Of a stretch of 64,000 nucleotides of DNA, positions 42,012 through 57,197 are shown in pieces. The stretch's first letter is position 1, and each line of letters begins with the position of its first letter. Where the stretch lies: the NCBI GenBank assembly GCA_964016885.1, contig OZ024740.1, positions 190,712,001-190,776,000 of the forward strand, read 5' to 3'. Under the pieces are notes generated by a model. It was not told the DNA's origin. It did no database searches and was given only the letters and a program-made list of their open reading frames with translations. This DNA is from Eledone cirrhosa. Lineage: Eukaryota. The position numbers were made by a program, and so were the translations under genes.

Positions 42012-42965
42012 AAGACAAACATAGAATATTCGAAAACATTCTGTATGTTTATAATAAACATTCTGAAGACCTAATCGCTATAGAATAGAATACGTCACGT
42101 ATCACAATTTGAGATTCTCGATAAAAGCAAGGGAAGTAACCCACGCGTTTCATTCTTATTTGAAATCATCAGGATTACATATCCAATGCTTTTATCGAGA
42201 ATGACACAGCTAGAGACTTATAGAATACTTAGCTGTGTACAGGAACTGGTTTGAAAGAGCGGTTGCCGGTCCGGCAGAAATTAGAATTTGGATTTATATA
42301 TATGGAATATGTTTTCCCTTTATTGCAATTAATCGAAACTAATACCTATTTTATGGTATTGTTGTATGAGTTTGTATGGTTTTCGTCAATAATATCAATT
42401 TCCATGCCACCAATATAATCGTAATACGTATGATATTTTCAGCTCTTTCTATTAAATACATGTCTAATTCTAATTAAATTGAAGTAATCAATGCAAGTAC
42501 TAACATAATCTATAGATCTACCAAGGACATTTCTCATGTGTAGGTCTTAATTACACACTATTATTATTATTTTATATTACTTAAATAATTTTAACAAATG
42601 AAAGCATTGCTGGGACAATTTTTCTTGAGAGCGTAGCAGCCACAGAGTGAGAGAGACAGTGCAAGAGAGGAAGACAGAGTAGGTGATTAGCTGAGATTCT
42701 GTAAATTTATCTGAATAAAAATATTTTCGGAAACATATCAGTATACATATAGTATACTTGTAAATTAATAACTGAATTGAGTTTCGTTCGCATTTTTTAA
42801 TATATGGTTGTGGAGTTACTTCATAGTACATCAACTCTTCCTACTCCACATTTTAAAGATACTCAGTAGAGGATTATCATTAAAATGTGATAAAAAACGG
42901 AACTAAGAAAAACACACGGACACTTAATTTGATCACACACACATATATATATATATATCTTCACA

Positions 42966-44049
<1,084 letters not shown>

Positions 44050-44669
44050 GCGTGTGTGTGAGTGCGTTGGCGTGTGTGCGTGCCTGAACTGTTATCCAGT
44101 AAAGATTGAAATTATTTCTAGGAAATTGAATGTACTTTCTCAAAATTCGTGCCAAATATCGAAATATTTCTTGGCAACAGATACATGCAAAATCACTATT
44201 AAATACATAAATAAAAAAAAAGAAAATAGTAACACCAATAATGGTGCTCGTCGTCATGACGGTAGACCTAGTTGTTGTAATTGTTAATTTCTTTTGCAAA
44301 CGGTGGACACAGTAATGGCAGCAACTCGGCTTTTTTCATCTAATTTAATGTATATTGCCATAGGTATTTATACGCATTAGTTCGTATACTTATTTTTGAA
44401 ATAGGACATGTGAATATATACTTCTGGTAATACTAGTTCAATTGGACTGAAATATAAATAAACATAACTCATTTTGGACTTGATGAATTTCACTTGATAG
44501 GTTTCATGCCATGTGCTGCATGACTGGGGTGAATATCAGTGCTACGTAACCTGAGACAATTCACCTTTCAATGGACCCTGCGCTATGGACTCTACAAGTG
44601 AAAAGAGTTCCAATGAAACACATGGGGATGTTTGAGTTTATTGTCGCCAGGTTCTCGAATATTGGAAAG

Positions 44670-44825
44670 TAGGAGGCGGAATGTAAAGAGTTAATGCTGT
44701 AATCTGCCAGCTTCAGCACTCAGCAACCAGAAGAAACTGGTATGTTTAAAAGCCAAACCCGCAATCTTCAATTCATTATACGTGCCAACCTTTATTTATG
44801 GTCATGAAACTTGGGAAATGACTGT
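44670..44825 (+). mobile_element. RTE-like LINE fragment
   Basis: KAKPAIFNSLYVPTFIYGHETW resembles the RTE post-RT motif PxLxYGxETW. Confidence 0.55.
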
Positions 44826-45060
44826 AGTGATGACTGCATAGAGTAGATGACTACATAGTGATGACTGCATACAGTAGAGTTATACAAGGCCAGTAACATA
44901 CTGTACATATGATTGCATAACTGTACATATGTTTGTTCGATGATGTGATGAAGTCACATGCCTAAACATATAACAGAGATATATATCACACAATCAACAA
45001 TTATGGTGAAATAAATCCAGTTTTAATTATTATTATGTGATATGTATATGTATGTATATA

Positions 45061-46266
45061 TATGCGTGTATAAATAATACATGCATATATTTATTATTTT
45101 AAAAATCTAATTGAGTTCTTCACACGCAAGGTTAAAATTGTTGAACAAATTAATTGACCTTGTGTTTCGCGATTACCTCCCCTTTCCACTTGAAGACAGT
45201 GTGAGACTCCTCACTCTGAGACTGCTGGAATTTCAAATTTGGCGGTCATTCTGATATGGAGAGAGACTACTGCTGACATGGGATTAAAACATCGGTAAGA
45301 ACATTTTTTTTTATATCGATGTTTGACGGGCAACCACTGATGATTTATAAGTGCCCACCTGCATATATTCCTATGGAATGTTGTGAAGGCTTCTACATAA
45401 CCCGGACACATTCTCCCAACCTGTAGAAAACTTATAATGAAACAATTGTTTGGAAAAGGAGATATATTTTAATTATGTATCATATAAAATAATACTACTG
45501 GCCTGCCGCAAAATACATATAGTTAGCACCCCAAACGTAAAATTGGGATTATACTAAGGTATATCCTAATGTTTGTTGAGTGAGATGGAAGCCAGTCAGA
45601 GTATAGCTTAAGGCTTTCTCTGTTAATGTATTGAATATTATACTCTTGATTTGGCCTGAGATAAATACTTCCATATACGTTTTAAGCGTAAATTTCGAGT
45701 ATTTATTATTGATTGTTATTCTGGTATCATATCTCTGTTTTTAGCCTAAGAAAAAAACCTGTATGCGTGTATAAATAATACATGCATATATTTATTTTTA
45801 AACAAATCTAATTGAGTTCCCTCACACGCAAGGTTAAAATTGTTGAAAAAATTAATTGACCCACGTGTATATTATTTTAAAGCCTTGTGTTTCGCGATTA
45901 CCTCCCCTTTCCGCTTGAAGACAGTGTGAGACTCCTCACTCTGGGACTGCTGGAATTTCAAATTTGGCGGTCATTCTGATATGGAGAGAGACTACTGCTG
46001 ACATGGGATTAAAACATCGGTAAGAATTTTTTTTTTTTATATCGATGTTTGACGAGAAACCACTGATGATTTATAAGTGCCCACCTGCATATATTCCTAC
46101 GGAATGTTGTGAAGGCTTCTACATAACACGGACACATTCTCCCAACTTGTAGAAAACTTATAATGAAACAATTGTTTGGAAAAGGAGATATATCTTAATT
46201 ATGTCTCATATAAAATAATACTACAGTCAGAGTATAGCTTAAGGCTTTCTCTGTTAATGTGTTGAA
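45061..46266. repeat. Direct tandem duplication, period ~700 bp
   Basis: TATGCGTGTATAAATAATACATGC at 45061 and 45762; highly similar apart from indels. Confidence 0.88.
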
Positions 46267-46281
46267 TATATATATATGTAG

Positions 46282-47082
46282 CACCGGCTCAGAACAGGAG
46301 GGTTGGGGCGAAAAAGGTATCGGATGCTGAATTTGCCGACGATATAATTTTGGTGACAAATACAGTGAAGGAGGCAGAGGATTTGATGCGGGAGGTTGAG
46401 ATTGTGTCGATGAGTGTGGGACTGAGAATAAATGAGACTAAAACAAAATATCTGGTAGAGAATGTTGAGAAGCCAGAGGGGATCACTAATGTAGGCGGGA
46501 AGCCGCTGGAATTGGTTGAGGACTTCCTGTATTTGGGAGCAAAGATTGGGAATACGGAAGATGATGTGGTTGAGAGGAAGAGCAAGGCCTGGGCGGCGTG
46601 TCACAGCTTGAGATCGGTGTGGAAGTCGGACCTTCGTAGAGACCTGAAAATACGCCTCTTCATTGCTGTAGTGGAGTCTGTGCTGCCGTATGGTTTGAGA
46701 CTTGGACACTGACCAAGAGACTCACTCAGATGGTGGATGGGTGTTACACGAGAATGCTGAGGAAGGCTCTGAACATTAATCACTATACACTGAGGATGAA
46801 AAACTAAGAGCTGTATGGGAGCATCCCAAAAGTCAGCTCAAAAGTGACACAGAGGAGACAGAGGTTGGCTGGACATGCTCACCGACATCCAGAGTTGACA
46901 TTGCACTCAGTGCTCCTTTGGGAGTCCCTACATGGACACACTAGAAGAGGAAGACCAAGGTTAACATATGTTGATGCCCTAAGGACAGACACTGGTCTGT
47001 TTGAGATGCAGGATATGGCAGCGATAATGAGGGACAGAGACCGCTGGAGAGAACTCGTCCATGGATCTCGGGAATTTTACCC

Positions 47083-47085
<3 letters not shown>
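46282..47085 (+). mobile_element. RTE-clade LINE, 5'-truncated (RT FADD motif to 3' end)
   Basis: EFADDIIL..GLRINETKTKY..VEDFLYLG..KIRLFIAVVESVLPYG..TWTLT..RLAGH..RRGRPRLTY..DRDRWR; inserted in (TA)n. Confidence 0.92.
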
Positions 47086-47132
<47 letters not shown>

Positions 47133-47133
47133 C

Positions 47134-47190
<57 letters not shown>

Positions 47191-47212
47191 TGGAGAGAGA
47201 GAGAGAGAGAGA

Positions 47213-47260
<48 letters not shown>

Positions 47261-47461
47261 GAGAGAGCGAGAGAGAGAGAGATGTGTGAGTATGGGTTGT
47301 GTATATGTGTGTGTGTGACAACTGATTATACATTTGATATCGAATACTTGCTAACGTATGATTACGCAAGCAGCGATACATAGGTATACCGTCTGTTACA
47401 GAAACATATGTCAATACCTAATAAATTCCTTTATAAAAGCACTTTCATTTGTATTCATCTT

Positions 47462-47504
<43 letters not shown>

Positions 47505-47792
47505 CAAATAACGAAACGAAATTAAATTTCGTTTCGCTTCTAACTCACTTTTGTATGACTGACGCTTAAACAATTAAGTTAAAGTATACATCTACATATG
47601 TATACTGAAGTACTAGTATGCACATAAATACACACATGTATACATATGTACATGTACCGAGTTTTTCACTAGACACTTTACAGTGAGTGTCCAGCTAGTC
47701 TGTATGTAAACAAACAGACGAACCGGGTTTTAAAGTCATACGAGTTTTCAAGGAAACACACTTCCTCTATTCTCCAGAGAGCCAGACAGGAA

Positions 47793-47833
47793 TATTGGAC
47801 TAGTTTCGATGTTATTACATTTCATCAGCAATA
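47793..47833 (-). ncRNA. Minimal hammerhead ribozyme (41 nt)
   Basis: TATTG-CTGATGA-AATGT-AATA-ACATC-GAAA-CTAG-TC-CAATA: perfect 5-bp stem I, palindromic ACTAGT stem III, GUC site. Confidence 0.8.
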
Positions 47834-47939
47834 ATTACCCATCAACCGGCTTCTCTCGAGAATTGTAAAAGCACATATCGTTATATGCTTTTTCTATGAA
47901 AATTAGTAGTGGGCAGACTAATTTGCATAGAATTTTATA

Positions 47940-48038
<99 letters not shown>

Positions 48039-48089
48039 CAACACGCATGTATACACACATACACACGCACACATATATATAAATATATA

Positions 48090-51000
48090 CTAGAATTAAA
48101 GCCCGGCGTTGCTCGGTGTCAGTAAGTTACCAAAGTTAGGTTGCACCACCCATTTTATTAACACCACTATTTTGTCTGCCAGGCACTGGTTGAATGAATT
48201 GCAAACCATCACTGCCGAAGCAGGAGCTGCGCCAGCAGTGACAATTGTAGTTTTGCCTATTGATATTATCTCTGTGCAAAGACGTATTCAAATTTATTGT
48301 TTCACAGTACTTGCGCAACACGCGCGTAGACGATTCCAGCCGAACAACAGAGCTGCGATGGAGTTGTTCTGCATGACATGTTTTAACGGGGGAGGGAGTG
48401 GATTGAAGGAACCGCAAACAGGGGCCTGAAAACATTGTCGAATTATGACAACCAAAACAGAGGAAGAGGGGTAATTGTATGGTTGGTGCATCATGTATGT
48501 CGGACGTAGAAGATGAGCCTGCTGCTGTGCCGACAGAGGGAGGGAAATAGAGCTGAGCGGAGGCCAGGTGTTGGTGAACTGTGAAGTAATTGCAGGGAAC
48601 CGCCTAAAAATGTATATCCCGTCATTAAAGCATTGTTCACGCTTTCAGAGTCACACGGAGGTTAAATACTAACCTGTCCACGGTCATCCGAGGCACACCA
48701 AACGGGGTTTGGTGAGGAGCAACAGCTGATATTTGGGTAGGGTCGGAGTTGCAATGAAGCTTTGTAACGCCGCGAGAATCAGCCTTTGCACGGCAGATGG
48801 TGGGGAGTGTCCAGTACATTGCAGTGAAGGTTAACCTACTTAGAAAGTACTCACGAAAAGGCAAAACATAACAAAAATAAAAAAATAATAAAATTAGGAA
48901 TCGAGGTAGTCCTATAAAACCTCCTTGTACAGAATGTATTTTGTTTTTCCTTGCGGAATGAAAGCTAAATCATCACTCTTGCTGCAGAGACGCGAGTAGC
49001 CAACGTAAAGCTGACCATGAGAGAAACACGTCTCCCTCAAATGTATTACCGCGACAGACTAGTGTTTGCCCCTGCGCTTTGTTAATTGACATTGCGAAGC
49101 ATGGCCTGACCGGGAATTGGGACCTCCGAAATGTGATAGGCAGGTCTGCTCCTGATGTGAAAAAATGGATCTTTGGTATGAGCACAACCTTGCCCCGACC
49201 GCACCCAGTGATTATCGTGGCCTCAATCAGATTGGCAGCTAAGGACTTAACGACCAAACGTGTGCCATTGCATTATTTCGTCGGACCCAAATTTCGAATG
49301 AGCATTATAGGGTACCAACTTTAAGTTTCAAAATGTGTGGAGTTAACCCGGGGGCCTCAAAGGATTTTAGTATCTCTATTGAATAGTTGATGACGTCTGG
49401 AGTTCTATCGATCGACCTATACACGTAGCCATCTCCAAGAATTAGTTTTAGCATTTGATCATTAATATGGTTAACAGTTTTATTCCTCGGGGCCAGAATC
49501 CCCATTGGGCAAGCCATCCCATATTCTGATAATTTGCTTGGAGATCTGGGAACACTGCATCCCTGAGATCAGAAGGCGTACTAACAACGGTACAAAGTGA
49601 GTCGATGGCAATATTACCCTTTTCATCCCCGGGCGCTTTGCCTTCGCCAAGTGCGAGGAGGGTGTGAGCAAATGCGGTCGATGCGATATCACCTCGCATA
49701 TGAACACGCATGTTAGTGTGAAGTTTCAGAGTCTTCACTAGAGGCCACAATGCGTATGACTTAAGACACGCCCGTACTGCATCAGGTTTAGTCCCCTTGC
49801 GAATAACGGGAAGCGTTTGCCTGAAGTCCCCTGAAAGAAGAAGTGTTATGCCTCCCATGGGAGCCATAGAGTCTTTCATGTCTCTCAGAGTTCTATCTAG
49901 CGCCTCAAGAGCACCTCTGTGGGCCATCGTGCATTCGTCACAAACGATAAGCTTGCATCGTCTGAACATTTCTGCCTGATCGGAGTTCTTACTGATGTTG
50001 CAAGTGGGTGTCTCAGTCTTCGCTAAGTCAAGCGGGAGCTTGAAATAGGAGTGAGCTGTCCTGCCGCCCGGCAACAAAGTAGCCGCAATTCCAGATGATG
50101 CCACAGCTAAGGCAATGTCTTCTGTTCGCCTAATCTCAGCTAATATTAATTTGGTACAAAAGATTTCCCAGTCCCCCCAGGAGCGTCCAGGAGAAAAATT
50201 CCCCCAGCTTTGCCCCAGACAGAATTAACAGAGGAGTTGTAAGCGAATTTCTGTTCTGGAAGGAGCTTTGGCTCCTTCTCCGCTATGTACTGGGCAAGAT
50301 CGTCAACATTATAAGATGTCTCACGCAGCAAATCCGAAGACATAGTGGTTGTGCCTTCCCGGTTTGTTGAAGGTAGGCGATACACCGCCAACGCACGACC
50401 GCCCATATCGAGAACAGTATCTTCGATTTCAAGCAGCGCCCTGTTGTAAATGAGGTCACTGTACCCGACCTCTATCGATGGGTTTCGCAAGTGAGCGTGA
50501 CGCACATATAATCTTTGTAGCTAAGCCATAAAGAGGCCGGATCACCCAAGTCGCACCATAGGAGTAGAATAGCGAAAAGCGATCTTAGTCTTTTAGGAGA
50601 TTTCAACAAAAAGCTCTCTGCCATAGTGGTGCCCCATTGTGAATTATCCTCCAAAAGGCCACCCCTAAAGCAGGCTTCTCGGAAAGTATCACATAATTCA
50701 CAGGCAACAGTTCTTATGTCTCGAAAGCTTAGTGGGCCAAAATCCTCATGAAGGAGAATGCGCAGGTGAAAACACTCATGCTGGTTGGGAGGTACAGTGT
50801 ACACTCTTCCTAGACAACTGTCAAACTTGACACTAGGATGTCCTTCAACATCCTGACCTGACATCCTACGCACCCATGTGTTGTTTGACCACACGTAGTA
50901 GGACGGGACCTGAGGATATGAAAGTGTTTTTTGCAAATGTGTCAAGTTGGCAAAGCGTAAACAAACAGTCAAAGTTGTTTCTTTGGGATTGGCCGCCAAA

Positions 51001-54000
51001 TGAGCAGCAGTCTGTTTTGTAAAGTAAGCCCGCTGGCCGTTTTCCAAATGAACCGCTAGTATGATGGCGGGGTGACTTTGCTGAAGTGGAAACCCGAATA
51101 TCCGCGAAAAAGCTTCACCGCTGCTGATATATCGACGTGCCAAGTACTCCGCGACCTCGTCCCTGCTATTGTCGTTTTAAAGGCCGAACATGGCAATGTC
51201 GGATCCCTGTTAACTTATTTACATATGTACTTTATCGACTTCACTGAATGACAGAACTCCACATCTATAGAGTGTTGAAAGTTTTCATCAGAAATGGACA
51301 GTACGGGACCACCCACCTATTATCAACTTGATGACCCCGTAACGTCATAGTGAATGCAGCGTTCTCAGGCCGCCTTCGTCTGTGCAGTGGGTATCCGTCG
51401 TCGCTGGTCTGGGTCTTCTCAACAAACCTCTTTGGGTTCCGTTTAGTGCAGACATGGTCCTTGTGGCATGAAGAGAACTCTTGAAAACCGGGACCGCACG
51501 GACAGACCACCATGTGTGCCTTCACAATGTCATCTATAACTGTAGGGTCTATTTTGGTGACCAACCAAACCAAAATGTGCGCGTGTGGCAACCCTCTCTT
51601 GTGCCACTCAACAGTATACATGTGGCACCTAACAGGCACGAAAACCGTCCCTTTTTTTTATTAATTCAATTAGCTTAGCCAGCTTCTGCCTGAAAACCCT
51701 GGCAATAATATCATGCCGATGGCAGTGCTGCTGCCCTGGGATAAGTTCCCGTGTAACCTCAACCCACTTGGGGTTACACGTAAATGTGATGAATAAATAG
51801 GGGCGCCCATAATGCTGAACGAACGTCATAGCGTCCTGTGTTCGCTCTTACATGTACCCCCCCCCCCGTATAGGTTGAGGGGAGAATTCACATTTTGCCG
51901 ATGTTCCGGGGGTCAGTGTCATTCCTGATGCTGTCACGCAAATGGATGCAGGAGTCTGAGCGCAGCTGCTTCTGATTCAATTTTATGAAGCACACTCTCT
52001 CCGACTCCATCTTTGCAGCCATGTCAACTGCAAACTGGTAAAACAGTTCCCGTGACCTGTGCAGGGTGCTAAAATCGTTAGGCCTCGTCATGAAGCGGTA
52101 TGAGTATAAAGCCATGCAGGAAACAGTTTTAGATGTCGTAGCAGTGGGCTCGTTTAGTTTGCACCGAGGAATGCCGAAATGGTACCCTTCTTCTCCGTAT
52201 GCAAAAATAAGGGGATACTTCAGGGCGTCGTATGAACGACGCGTCTCATTAATGCGTCGAAGACCACTGTCCCGACTTTAAAGAACTATGTCTCGCTTTT
52301 TGTGCTGTTCGCCATGGATAACTACGGCCTCTTCATTGCACGAAGGAGCATTATAACGGCGTGCGTGTTCCCAAGAAGGTCTTTTGTCAGCATCGATGAC
52401 AATGGTGAAGTTTGGTGAAGGATGTGTTTCCAATGCGTATTTGAAACTGCGAATAAAACTGTTGTGCTCATGAAGCATGTTTTGAAGACCGAGCAGCACG
52501 TCCCTTTCAAAAGTGTCAGCGTCAGAGTTTGCAGGTGTTGGAATAACGCCGAACCACGCATCAACTTGCCTACTGTAGTTAGAAATGAAGTAAATTTAAA
52601 GGAGCGAAGGCTTGCAATTTTATAATGGCTGGAGAGTCCCAATAAGATGGTGCACCTGCCCCTGGACCTTGAAAGTAGGCATCCAACCACTTTCTCTGAC
52701 AACGTTAGATCCGAAAGAAGTCATTTGAAACGCACAATTGTACTTCCTGGTGAGTTGAAGGAATTTGGATGATCTTGAGGTAGAAACAGTAAGTAGTTCC
52801 TGGTGGTTCCTCAAGAGGGGGCAAGCTGACCTTACCCTTTAAGCAGCACATTGTAGGTGGCTCCCCAGCCCACTTTTTAGCATTGCATAATTTGCAATTG
52901 TAGCTCATTTCCCCTATATTTATGTCGGCACGCATCGAGTAGTTAACGTTGTGCTCATACTTGAAAGCCAGTGGGTGCCAGTATGGGCTGTTGGGGCTCG
53001 TCACACCGCGGGAAGCTTCTTGTCGTCGACTGTTCCGCTCCAACGTAGGATGTTGCTCCTGTGGGTCGTGGGAAGCTCTCGCAGCAGTAGCAATCCTAAT
53101 GGAGCGCTCGTCTGCATCTTCAGAAACCATGGAATTAGTCATAGCCGAAGCGTTCCTAGCAAGGCGATTCGTCCGCTGTTCCAAACCTTCCAAAGTCCTG
53201 GACGCAGAAGTAGCCGCAGCGTTTCTAGTCAGTCGAGCCGCCCTTTGTTCCGGGCCCTCTGAATCCCTGGAAGCAGCAGTAGCAGCAGCGTTTGTATTCA
53301 GGCGAGTCGTCCTTTGTTCCGGGCCCTGTGAAGCCCTGGAAGTAGCAGTAGAAGCGTTTTTTTTTTAATGACGTATCGCCCGCTCTGAATCGCACATCTC
53401 AGCACGTCGCGAGGTGTCGTATGAAGCCATCTTGGTTAGGCGTGCGGTGCGTTGTTGAAAACTTTCAGCAGCTCTGCATTTCGCTGAACGTAAGGCGCTC
53501 TAGGAAAGTCTTAAATCAGTTTCCTCGGGGGACACGTTTGCTGTAATCGCCCTCTGCGCCGCCGCTGACGCGGTATGGCGACCCAGTCGACTTCTCTTTT
53601 TAGGTGGCATTTTATGTGAAAAAGAAAGGGTGAAAGTTACTTTTACAGCAAAATTAACTTGGAAAGTATAAGGCTGAAAAATGTCTGCGTTCCGCAGGGG
53701 GAAATGGGAGAACGACCGACAAATAAATAACTCACAGTTTGTTGAAAGCGCGCTTCTGTCAGCAATTTGAAGCTGTTGGGCCAAAAATCCCTATGTGTTT
53801 TTTTGTTTCACTCAATACACGTGTAAATTTGTTATACACAAAATGTAATTGTGTGTGAGTTGAATGATAGATGTTTTAAAAAAAGATGTTAAGCGTATAT
53901 AAGAGATTGTTGATTAAATATAACTGTTGGTTTCGAATAATTGTAGTTTGGTATAAAATGTAAGCCACATGTATTTAACGTTTGTCTCTGTCTCTCACTC

Positions 54001-54420
54001 TCTAGCTCACTCCTTTATTTTTTCCTCTCTCTCTAAAGGAAATTATTAAGGAGTGCGTTTATAAGCGTCATGTATTTAGCTTTTGTCTCTGTCTCACTCC
54101 TTTATTTTTTCTCTTTCTCTCTCTAAAAGAAATTAGTAAGGAGTGGGTAGGTTGCAGCATGTATTTTTTCTTCTTCTATTTTTAAGGGGAGTTATGGAGA
54201 GTAAATCGGAAGTTATTAGTGGGGATAAAGCGTCATGTATTTAGTATTATCGATTATATCCGAAATTGTGGGTGAATTTAAATGAAATAAATAGCGTTGA
54301 CTTAAGTTAGGACATACAATATTCTTACAGAGGTAGAGTCGAATCGGTTTGAAATTGTGCAAATGTATAGACATGGAACATGCACACACACAACAACAAT
54401 CTCCCTTTTATAGAAAGTGA
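48090..54420 (-). mobile_element. Helitron, full-length (~6.3 kb), decayed
   Basis: Minus-strand 5' TC at 54420 preceded by A; 3' hairpin CCGAGCAACGCCGG then CTAG at 48090 followed by T; RepHel coding relic inside. Confidence 0.92.
48912..53610 (-). pseudogene. Helitron RepHel (HUH Rep + Pif1-family helicase), many frameshifts and stops
   Basis: MPPKKR start; GRPYLFITFTCNPKW; YTVEWHKRGLPHAHIL; VKSIKYICK; DAPGGTGKSF; ASSGIAATLLPGGRTAHS; DECTM; GDFRQTLPV; RRSQFPVRPCFAMSINKAQGQTL; ends YKEVL*. Confidence 0.95.
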
Positions 54421-54484
54421 TATATATATATGTAAGCATGTATGTATACGTACATACATATATGTATACAGACGTACAGTAGCA

Positions 54485-54582
<98 letters not shown>

Positions 54583-54647
54583 CATGTACACATACATATA
54601 TGCACGTATCAGTTTAGTGGACGCTCAACTATCTGGCAGAAAGGTAT

Positions 54648-54690
54648 ACGGTGCTGATGATAGCTAACAAGCTTGAAACTAGTACATCGT
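54648..54690 (+). ncRNA. Minimal hammerhead ribozyme (copy 1)
   Basis: ACGGTG-CTGATGA-T-AGCT-AACA-AGCT-T-GAAA-CTAG-TA-CATCGT: 6-bp stem I, palindromic ACTAGT stem III, GUA site. Confidence 0.88.
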
Positions 54691-54843
54691 TCCTGTGTCA
54701 GTGTTGAACAAAAAGGTAACGTTGCTGCCTTAACACCGTACGGCATAAATTCAGGCTGTTCAGTTTGTTTACAAACGAACAAAAAGGTCGTTATAATAAG
54801 CGTCCGCTAAACTGATACGTGCATATATGTATGTGTACCTGTA

Positions 54844-54915
<72 letters not shown>

Positions 54916-55153
54916 CATGCTACTGTACGTCTGTATACATATATGTATGTACGTATACATACATACTTACATTTAAGTATGTGCCGTACTAAGAGTGAGA
55001 AATGAAATTTCGTTTTCATTTTATTACAACTTAATGTTTTCGGTACGCCTGACCGACTTAACTCACTCGATATGCAAATTAGGCTGCTCGGCCGTTAATT
55101 TTCATAATGAGAGTATATACTTTCTAACGTTCAACTATCTGGCAGAAGGGTAT

Positions 55154-55196
55154 ACGGTGCTGATGATAGCTAACAAGCTTGAAACTAGTACATAGT
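55154..55196 (+). ncRNA. Minimal hammerhead ribozyme (copy 2)
   Basis: Same core and stems; one stem I mismatch (CATAGT). Confidence 0.85.
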
Positions 55197-55346
55197 TCCT
55201 TGTCAGTGTTGAACAAAAAGGTGACGTGGTTGCCTTAACACCGTACGGCATAAATTCAGGCTGTTCAGTTTGTTTACAAACGAACAAAGCGGGCTTTATA
55301 ATAAGCGTCCGCTAAACTGATACGTGCATATATGTATGTGTACCTG

Positions 55347-55490
<144 letters not shown>

Positions 55491-55729
55491 CATGCTACTG
55501 TACGTCTGTATACATATATGTATGTACGTATACATACATACTTACATTTAAGTAAGTGCCGTACTAAGAGTGAGAAATGAAATTTCGTTTTAATTTTTAT
55601 TACAACTTAACGTTTTCGTTACGCCTGACCGACTTAACTCACTCAATATGCAAAGTAGGCTGCTCGGCTGTTAATTTTCATCAGGAAAGTATATACTTTC
55701 GAACGTTCAACTATCTGGCAGAAGGGTAT

Positions 55730-55772
55730 ACGGTGCTGATGATAGCTAACAAGCTTGAAACTAGTATATCGT
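55730..55772 (+). ncRNA. Minimal hammerhead ribozyme (copy 3)
   Basis: Same core and stems; first stem I pair is G-U (TATCGT). Confidence 0.85.
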
Positions 55773-55923
55773 TCCTGTGTCAGTGTTGAACAAAAAGGTG
55801 ATGTAGTTGCCTTAACACCGTACGGCATAAATTCTGGCTGTTCAGTTTGTTTACAAACGAACAAAGCGGGCGTTATAATAAGCGTCCGCTAAACTGATAC
55901 GTGCATATATGTATGTGTACATG

Positions 55924-56005
<82 letters not shown>

Positions 56006-56217
56006 CATGTACACATACATATATGCACGTATCAGTTTAGCGGACGCTTATTATAACGCCCGCTTTGTTCGTTTGTAAACAAACTGAACAGCCAGAATTT
56101 ATGCCGTACGGTGTTAAGGCAACTACATCACATGTAAGTAAGTGCCGTACTAAGAGTGAGAAATGAAATATCGTTTTCATTTTATTACAACGATATATAT
56201 ATATATATATATATATA

Positions 56218-56407
56218 CTTGTTTCTACTTTTGGCACAAAGACAGCAATAACCCAGTACCTTACTGGTACTTTATTTTATCGACCCCTTAAGGATGAAAG
56301 GCAAAGTTAACCTCGGCGGGATTTGAACTCAGGATGGCAAGGGCCGTAAATATATGCGTCAAAGCATGGCCTCCGACCCTCTACCGTTACTGCGAATCCA
56401 TCGCCAT
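56218..56407 (-). mobile_element. tRNA-like SINE copy
   Basis: Full-length reverse-complement homology to 773-960. Confidence 0.88.
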
Positions 56408-56411
56408 TATG

Positions 56412-56444
<33 letters not shown>

Positions 56445-56445
56445 G

Positions 56446-56489
<44 letters not shown>

Positions 56490-56515
56490 TATATATATAT
56501 ATATATATATAGATA

Positions 56516-56547
<32 letters not shown>

Positions 56548-56558
56548 CATATATATAT

Positions 56559-56664
<106 letters not shown>

Positions 56665-56696
56665 TTTATATATATATATATATATATATATTAGAA

Positions 56697-57187
<491 letters not shown>

Positions 57188-57197
57188 ATATATATAT

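Noticed and set aside
42060-42210. CTGAAGA plus a small inverted repeat
   Set aside because: No matching GAAA/stem III; too degraded.
48109-53368. Plus-strand ORFs inside the Helitron
   Set aside because: Most are antisense shadows of the GC-richer RepHel coding strand; none shows an independent coding signal.
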